Shown: positions 58,157 through 64,000 of the stretch, piece after piece | Layout of the letters: every line of letters begins with the position of its first letter | Position numbering within the stretch: position 1 is the stretch's first letter | Source: Candidatus Micrarchaeota archaeon | GTDB lineage: Archaea > B1Sed10-29 > B47-G15 | Assembly: GCA_003660975.1 (NCBI GenBank) | Contig: QMVG01000003.1 | Coordinates: 1-64,000, forward strand | DNA: 64,000 nt | Direction of reading: 5' to 3' | Made by a program: the position numbers and the translations under genes | The notes under the pieces: model-generated | Told to the model about the DNA's origin: nothing | What the model saw: the letters and a program-made list of their open reading frames with translations, nothing else | Database searches by the model: none

Positions 58157-58423
58157 ATGGCAATAGTGGGTCAGATTCCTCATTTTTGGCACGACAAAGA
58201 AGGCAAGGCACATAGGAATATGCTTCAAATAGAGGTAGAGGAACCACAGCTGAAAGGTGGCTTTCCGAGAGATGGCAGTGTTACGATAAGATTGCAAGAC
58301 GAGCAGGCTCAAAAGGCGTTCAAAATGACTGCTCAGGAGGCCTTGCAATTAGGACAGGAATTGCTTGATATAGCCAAGGAACTGCTTTCAAAAAAGAGAG
58401 AGCTGTGGAGAAAGAGGCGATGA
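58157..58423 (+). CDS. Hypothetical protein
   Basis: 88 aa ORF 1 nt upstream of the agmatinase gene. Confidence 0.65.
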   Translation: MAIVGQIPHFWHDKEGKAHRNMLQIEVEEPQLKGGFPRDGSVTIRLQDEQAQKAFKMTAQEALQLGQELLDIAKELLSKKRELWRKRR

Positions 58424-58424
58424 A

Positions 58425-59216
58425 ATGCTTATTAAAAACACTCTTCTGTCTGAAAACATATACTCAATAGAAGAGGCAGAGGTAATTATTCTAGGTGTGC
58501 CGTTTGACTCCACAGTATCAGAATATCCTGGAACAAGGTTTGCGCCACTTAGGATAAGAGAGGATTTCAATATATCTGTTAACCAATATTTAGCAGAGAT
58601 GGGTAGTATCTCTGACGTAAAATTGTATGACGCAGGAAATCTTTTGGTCAGTCACGGTAATCCAAAGAAGACATTGAATGACTTGCAGTCAGACTTTAGG
58701 TCCATCTATAAACAAAACCCAGAAGCTAAGTATATTGTGATTGGAGGAGAGCATAGCATAAGCTTCCCGGTATTTGAGGTGATTAACAGTTTTGGAGATT
58801 TGGATTACCTTTGTTATGATGCCCACTGGGACCTCCTAGACGAAGCTTACGGGATAAAGGAAAGCCACGAATGCGTTAACAGAAGGATATTCGAGCTTGT
58901 GGGTGGAGACAGAATGAGGATAAAAGGCGTTAGGGAAGAGAGCAGGGAAGAGAAGGACTTTTCATCTCGAATAACAGGTAAGCTTCTTGGCAACAATCCC
59001 ATATATCTCTCAATTGATTTGGATATTTTGGATAATGTGCCCGTAAGCTGCCCAGTACCCGGTGGAATGTCTTTTGAGGAGCTATGGCGCGAAATTTCAA
59101 AAATAGAGAAGATAAAAGCAGTTGACATTGTTGAATACAATCCATTGTTGGGATACTCTCCTATCCCTGCCGAGCTGTTGAAGAGACTTATCTTGCTTCT
59201 TGCAAAATCACATTAG
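58425..59216 (+). CDS. speB: Agmatinase/arginase-family ureohydrolase
   Basis: GVPFDST...PGTRFAP, GGEHS, DAHWD, SIDLD and DIVEYNP motifs. Confidence 0.85.
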   Translation: MLIKNTLLSENIYSIEEAEVIILGVPFDSTVSEYPGTRFAPLRIREDFNISVNQYLAEMGSISDVKLYDAGNLLVSHGNPKKTLNDLQSDFRSIYKQNPEAKYIVIGGEHSISFPVFEVINSFGDLDYLCYDAHWDLLDEAYGIKESHECVNRRIFELVGGDRMRIKGVREESREEKDFSSRITGKLLGNNPIYLSIDLDILDNVPVSCPVPGGMSFEELWREISKIEKIKAVDIVEYNPLLGYSPIPAELLKRLILLLAKSH

Positions 59217-60143
59217 AACACGAGTGGTCATAAACATGATGTAAATTAAGATAAGGAGCAATGCAGATTTTTTCCTCAATTTCTCATGCAGGCCAAATAG
59301 GACAGCCACAAGGCCTGTTATCACAAACAAAACAGGAAGGTCAAAGCTTAGCGTTAGGTTTTCCACCTTGAATCCAGCTACGACTGCACCAAGGCCTAAC
59401 ACTAATGTTGGATTTAATATGTTGCTTCCTATTAGTGTGCCAACGCTTAGCCTATTTATCCTTCTCAATATCGCGGTTATGCTGACAGTTAACTCAGGCA
59501 AGGCAGTTCCTAGGCCTATAAGTAGCCCTATTATCACCTCATCCAACTTCAATGCATTTGATATTCTTATGCCGCTTTCAACAACAAGGTTAGCCCCATA
59601 GATAAGGAGAAGCACCCCAATAAAACCAATGATAATGTCCCTTATATCTTCTTTCCTTAACCTTATGAATAGGTCGTGCTTTTCTATGCCTTTTAATATG
59701 TGCTGAGCATATGTAAAGTACATGCCAATTAATACAAAACCTTCTAGAGGGCTTATGAAATTGTCAACAGCAAATACATAGAGCATTGCAATCACAGCCA
59801 GCATTGTCCCACAATCCCTGTACCAATCCCTCTCTTTTAGTGCTAACACACCAAAGAGACCTGCAATGCCAAGTGTCAAGGTCAAGTTTACGATATTACT
59901 TCCAATAGCATTTCCTATGGCAATGCCAGAGGCCTCTATGCCCAGCATGTTGTGGAAACCGGCATTCAAACTTGTTGCTATTTCAGGAAGACTTGTGCCT
60001 ATTGAAACAACAGTAAGACCTATCAGCAATTCGCTCATGCCTGCTCTCTCTGCAAAGCGTTTAACAGCCTTTACTATTGTGTCGCTTCCGAAGATGAGCA
60101 TGCCAAGGCCAACCAAAAACACCACTATATCAATTGGGTTCAT
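59208..60143 (-). CDS. Ca2+/Na+ (cation) antiporter, YrbG/NCX family
   Basis: alpha repeats GTSLPE...GNAIGSN and GTALPE...GTLIGSN; start at MNPIDI. Confidence 0.93.
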   Translation of the reverse strand: MNPIDIVVFLVGLGMLIFGSDTIVKAVKRFAERAGMSELLIGLTVVSIGTSLPEIATSLNAGFHNMLGIEASGIAIGNAIGSNIVNLTLTLGIAGLFGVLALKERDWYRDCGTMLAVIAMLYVFAVDNFISPLEGFVLIGMYFTYAQHILKGIEKHDLFIRLRKEDIRDIIIGFIGVLLLIYGANLVVESGIRISNALKLDEVIIGLLIGLGTALPELTVSITAILRRINRLSVGTLIGSNILNPTLVLGLGAVVAGFKVENLTLSFDLPVLFVITGLVAVLFGLHEKLRKKSALLLILIYIMFMTTRVLM

Positions 60144-60218
60144 AAAAAAAGCTAAGCAGTTGGTGTTTAAAAAGATGTGCCAGAGAAATTTAAATAAATC
60201 TTTTATTATTATATTATC

Positions 60219-60641
60219 ATGGATTGGAATCAATTTGATAAAGGAGTCTTTTTGGTAAACTTATTGGGCATCATATATGACCCCAAAACTAAAAAGATTT
60301 TAATTGGCAAGAGGGAAAATGACCCCTACATCAAAGAGCTATCTTGGTGTTTTCCAGGAGGCAGGCCTGGCTATGTTGATGACCTGGAATTTTACCTCAA
60401 AGAGCAGATTAAAATCAAAACAGGACTAGAGGTTGAGCCTAAAAAAATTGTCTTTGCTAAAACATATCCGGAAAAAAGAGAATTCCTCTCAATATACTAC
60501 TATTGCGAAGTTTTGGGTGGTGAGGAGAAGGCCGGTGATAAATTTGTTGAAATAAAATGGGTAAGACCTACAGAGGTTGTTAATTATTTTACTACCTCCT
60601 TACACCAAAAGGTTCTAGATTTCTTAAGGACACTAGAGTGA
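60219..60641 (+). CDS. NUDIX-fold protein with degenerate Nudix box
   Basis: ILIGKR; WCFPGG...KTGL; the canonical REUXEE is replaced by KEQIKIK. Confidence 0.8.
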   Translation: MDWNQFDKGVFLVNLLGIIYDPKTKKILIGKRENDPYIKELSWCFPGGRPGYVDDLEFYLKEQIKIKTGLEVEPKKIVFAKTYPEKREFLSIYYYCEVLGGEEKAGDKFVEIKWVRPTEVVNYFTTSLHQKVLDFLRTLE

Positions 60642-60726
60642 CGGAGGATTGCGTAAATTAACAGATATTGCTGATTTTTAGCAAAGTTTTTAAACATTTA
60701 CCTGCTTTAATAAGAAGGGGATTTTT

Positions 60727-61494
60727 ATGAAAGGTGATAGAGTTTCATCAGGAATATTCGGCTTGGATGATCTAGTGGCGGGAGGCTTCCCCAAAAATAG
60801 TATAATTCTTTTGGCAGGAGGTCCAGGCACAGGTAAAACCACATTTTCTCTACAATACCTATATAAAGGCATAGTTGACTATGGAGAAAATGCTATCTAT
60901 GTCAGTTCAGAAGAAGATTTTAATGAGATAAACACATCTATGTCTGCTTTTGGGATGGACTTTGAGAAAGTATCCAATGAAAAAAAATTTTCAATGATAA
61001 CATTTGAAGGGAGCACTGAGATTAAAGAACTCATCTCACGGATAAAAAACTCAGCAAAGCAAATAAAGGCCAACAGGTTAGTTATTGACTCTTTTTCATC
61101 TTTGGAGCTATTTGCTTCAACATATAAATCAGTCATAAATGAGTTGCCTCTATCAGCTTTGAGGTTGCCTTCATCTGTTATGGTGCCAACAGAGGCAATA
61201 GTTAGAAAGATGTTGTACAAATTGATATCCAGTTTGAAACAATTAGGATTAACAACAATCTTAACATCTGAGTTTGATGGCAGCACAAAATATTCGAGAT
61301 ATGGGGTTGCAGAATTTTTAGTCGATGGTTTGATAGTCTTACATTACTCATCTATCGGACAAAAAAAGTTTGGCAACATTGAGATTAAGAAGCTTAGGAA
61401 GACCAAACACACGCACGGTATTTTTGATTATGACCTCACCGAAAAAGGCTTTGAGATATTTGTAGAGCATGGACCTTCAATCATAATGAAGTGA
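60727..61494 (+). CDS. KaiC-like/RAD55 RecA-superfamily ATPase (single domain)
   Basis: SSGIFGLD, GGPGTGKT, SEE, RLVIDS, EFLVDGLI and KLRKTKH motifs. Confidence 0.92.
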   Translation: MKGDRVSSGIFGLDDLVAGGFPKNSIILLAGGPGTGKTTFSLQYLYKGIVDYGENAIYVSSEEDFNEINTSMSAFGMDFEKVSNEKKFSMITFEGSTEIKELISRIKNSAKQIKANRLVIDSFSSLELFASTYKSVINELPLSALRLPSSVMVPTEAIVRKMLYKLISSLKQLGLTTILTSEFDGSTKYSRYGVAEFLVDGLIVLHYSSIGQKKFGNIEIKKLRKTKHTHGIFDYDLTEKGFEIFVEHGPSIIMK

Positions 61495-61498
61495 TAAA

Positions 61499-62143
61499 AT
61501 GCCATTTATGTCCGGCGCATACGGTCTTTTTGGTAAATGGCTAATTTCAGGTCAACTTAAGATCAGCGAAGGCGATATTTCTTTGCTTGGGCAAAGAGTG
61601 GCAATGCTTCCAACTTCTTTTTTTGTTGAGATGGAAAAGACAGTACAGAAATCAAATAGTCCAACTCTCCGAGACGATGTTTATCTTTGGGCATGGAAAA
61701 TTGCTTATTTGTACATTAAAAAATTTGTGGAGGAATATGGTCTGAAGACCTTTGAAGAAAGGTATAAATGGGGAATGGATATTGCTTCTTTAGCTGGCTT
61801 TGGGGATTATAAAACTATTGATTATCATGATAAAGAATATAGTTATTTTTACATTATAAACAATCCAATCGCGGAGGCTTTTTACCCTTCTAAAAAAGCA
61901 GTAGACACTTTCCTTAGGGGCATAAATGCAGGTGGTGGTACTGCCTGTCATATGCAGATAGTCAATTGTTTGGAGACCGACTGCCAAGCAATAAATGGCC
62001 AAAAATGTGTTTTTATAACAGGCACAGAAAGAGCACATGAAAAGTTCGGAGTTTCTGATTTGTACGCTGAACAGTTGGATCTTGATTATGTACTTCCGCA
62101 ACAAAAAGAATTCCTAAGAAAGGTAGGATTACCGAAGGTGTAG
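61499..62143 (+). CDS. V4R (4-vinyl reductase) domain protein
   Basis: GQRVAMLP, AGFG and RGINAG...ETDCQAINGQKCVF V4R signature. Confidence 0.8.
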   Translation: MPFMSGAYGLFGKWLISGQLKISEGDISLLGQRVAMLPTSFFVEMEKTVQKSNSPTLRDDVYLWAWKIAYLYIKKFVEEYGLKTFEERYKWGMDIASLAGFGDYKTIDYHDKEYSYFYIINNPIAEAFYPSKKAVDTFLRGINAGGGTACHMQIVNCLETDCQAINGQKCVFITGTERAHEKFGVSDLYAEQLDLDYVLPQQKEFLRKVGLPKV

Positions 62144-62146
62144 TAA

Positions 62147-62980
62147 ATGAACAAAGCAGATGATAAAGACCTTATACAAAAATCGTTTAAAAAGGTAGAA
62201 GAACTTCAAATAAAAAACCATGACAGCCAAGTGCCTTTGTTTCTAGAGTATTTTAGAAATAGGCGAGTTGATTCCGGTACACTCTCTTTTCTTGAAACTG
62301 TTCTAATGGACCTCGAAAGGATCTTTTGGACCATTGATGATACGCTGGATCTACAGTATGATAATAGTAAAGAATTATATTTATACAATGAAATAGTCAA
62401 ATTTGTTAGCTTTGTTTTGTTAATGGATAAAATTTTAACCAAGCAATTTGCCGATAAGAGAGATTTGTTATCTTCTTTGATAGGAAAAAAGATACTTGCA
62501 GAGCGGATTCTCGATGCCATAAAAATTACATTAAAACCGTTAGTTAATATTCCATATAACGAGGCACTCTTATCAAGGAGGTTTAAAAAATTGAATTCTG
62601 ACCATGAACTGATAAAATTCATAAAAGAAAACCAATTAAACAAAGCGCAAAATTTAAAGGTTTATGCAGCAGTGTCAGAAGCCATATGTAAGAAGAATGT
62701 AAAGTTAGACTTGTTTCTTTATGCTAGAGCCATCCAACTTATACGCAATGACATTGAAGATGTTGGGGAAGATAGAAGGCACGATAACAACAACATTGTT
62801 CTTTTATTAAGGCGAAGGTTTAGAAGTAGAAACAAAATAAACAGCCTTCTAATAACTACTGCTAAAGAGATGTATAGATATATCGAAGGCAATTGCGATG
62901 AAAACACCTCTTTTTTGAAAGAATTCGCCAAGGCTGAGATTCAAAAAATAAGAAACTTACTTAATACTCAGCACAGATAG
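62147..62980 (+). CDS. Putative class I isoprenoid synthase/terpene synthase-fold protein
   Basis: All-alpha composition with IDDTLD (DDxxD) and QLIRNDIEDVGED...N (second metal-binding motif). Confidence 0.6.
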   Translation: MNKADDKDLIQKSFKKVEELQIKNHDSQVPLFLEYFRNRRVDSGTLSFLETVLMDLERIFWTIDDTLDLQYDNSKELYLYNEIVKFVSFVLLMDKILTKQFADKRDLLSSLIGKKILAERILDAIKITLKPLVNIPYNEALLSRRFKKLNSDHELIKFIKENQLNKAQNLKVYAAVSEAICKKNVKLDLFLYARAIQLIRNDIEDVGEDRRHDNNNIVLLLRRRFRSRNKINSLLITTAKEMYRYIEGNCDENTSFLKEFAKAEIQKIRNLLNTQHR

Positions 62981-63361
62981 TGGGTTCCATCCAAAGAGCA
63001 TGGCAATTATGATAAAAGCGCTTAGCCAGAGTAATGCAAGGCCTACCCTTTCATTTACTATTACCCAGTATTGCCTTGTTTTTGACATGTCATCTATGAG
63101 ATGGCCTAAATAGCCAACGCTAAAAGCAGTGAATATTAAGTGTTTGGGTTTTACTAGGAATAGCAAAAAAGGGATTAAAAATGAGTGGAGCAATGGGTTT
63201 CTGTGCCCAAGTTTCAGGAACTGGTCAATGTCAGGAGTCAATGCCCCTATTAATGAGAAGAGCATAAAAGGTGGAATCTTTTCTAAGGGTATGCTGAAAA
63301 GGATTATGAAAAGAATGGAGAGCAGTACTGATGTCACTATATGCAGGAAATACCTGGACAT
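62957..63361 (-). CDS. Membrane-bound metal-dependent hydrolase (YdjM-like)
   Basis: H...PDID...HRNPLLHS...GHLIDD motifs; start at MSRYFLH. Confidence 0.8.
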   Translation of the reverse strand: MSRYFLHIVTSVLLSILFIILFSIPLEKIPPFMLFSLIGALTPDIDQFLKLGHRNPLLHSFLIPFLLFLVKPKHLIFTAFSVGYLGHLIDDMSKTRQYWVIVNERVGLALLWLSAFIIIAMLFGWNPLSVLSIK

Positions 63362-63482
63362 CGGAGTCTTCCTGTCTTCTTTCTCGCCCACAGTTAATTT
63401 ACTGCAGTAATGTTTAAAAATGCTTTCTACAAAAAATGAAAGATTTTTATAATGTGGCTTTCTAATAAAAGAGAGGAGGCAT

Positions 63483-64000
63483 ATGGGAAGAAAAGCACAG
63501 TATCTTGTGAGACGGGAAAGAGAGCGAAGGAATATAGGAAATGAAGAAAAAAATTCCACCAGGATAGAAACTGAGATTCTTGTAAAAGGAGGCCCTGAAG
63601 CTCTTTTGAGATATAAGGGTTTGGATCCCAAAGAGATACCCAGAGAGGTTATGAGCTCATTAGAGGAAAGTAGGAAGGAAAGAAGCAGCAGAGGTCTGAG
63701 AACACTTGAGCTATTCATTCAAAGCCTTCCACCAAAAGAGAGGTCGAAGATATTACTAAGAGCGATTGAGGAGAGAAGAAAAAGGATGCCACCGCTTAAA
63801 GAAGGGGATAAAGAAAAAAAGATAAAAATAAGAAAAAAGACAGGAAAGAAATCCTTTATTGGAGGGGGGATCACACATAAAAGAGCTGAACTGGGGGAGC
63901 TTGAAACAGAGCTGAAATTTACCCATGCTTTGCTGGAAAATGTAGCAGAATATCAGGCAGGGGGCAAGCCATTGTCTGTTCTAGTGAGGACTCTAAATAG
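63483..64000 (+). CDS. Hypothetical charged protein, 3'-truncated by window edge
   Basis: GAGGAGG SD then ATG at 63483; frame appears open to the window end. Confidence 0.65.
   Translation, partial: MGRKAQYLVRRERERRNIGNEEKNSTRIETEILVKGGPEALLRYKGLDPKEIPREVMSSLEESRKERSSRGLRTLELFIQSLPPKERSKILLRAIEERRKRMPPLKEGDKEKKIKIRKKTGKKSFIGGGITHKRAELGELETELKFTHALLENVAEYQAGGKPLSVLVRTLN

Noticed and set aside
60727-61494. True circadian clock KaiC
   Set aside because: Single ATPase domain and no kaiA/kaiB in the window
1-64000. Genome-wide TAG reassignment
   Set aside because: Several genes end naturally at TAG (for example 2341, 3261, 7259, 57853, 62143) and only one internal TAG was found

Overview
Archaeal chromosome segment with compact, gene-dense organisation. 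It is most consistent with a DPANN-type lineage, which is an inference and not proven. Positions 1-20.4 kb hold a large N-glycosylation/surface-glycan cluster: flippase, GT2/GT4 transferases, Ugd, GalU, WecB, epimerases, two deacetylases, two methyltransferases, AglH/Alg7 and AglB/STT3. The rest is mainly housekeeping: fibrillarin, Nop5, LeuRS, ArgRS, AspRS, Alba, NusA-like, DNA ligase, Sec61beta, Mre11, ADP-forming acetyl-CoA synthetase alpha/beta, beta-CASP RNase, NMD3 and agmatinase, plus three tRNAs. Most notable: (1) a three-gene secreted module at 27.0-33.0 kb in which a small subunit and the C-terminus of a giant beta-propeller-like protein share a ~275-aa paralogous domain and flank a membrane-anchored chaperone-like protein, resembling an archaeal WxL/Csc-like or pilus-like surface filament system; (2) a tight KaiC-like ATPase + V4R + class I terpene-synthase-fold operon at 60.7-63.0 kb, a candidate isoprenoid-linked signalling module; (3) an intron-containing tRNA-Ile with the rare UAU anticodon; (4) tRNA-Arg starting on the base right after the argS stop codon; (5) an in-frame TAG inside one of three paralogous membrane-anchored proteins; (6) a tRNA-Val 3'-end duplication with palindromic repeats. 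All calls come from reading motifs by eye; no database searches were run.
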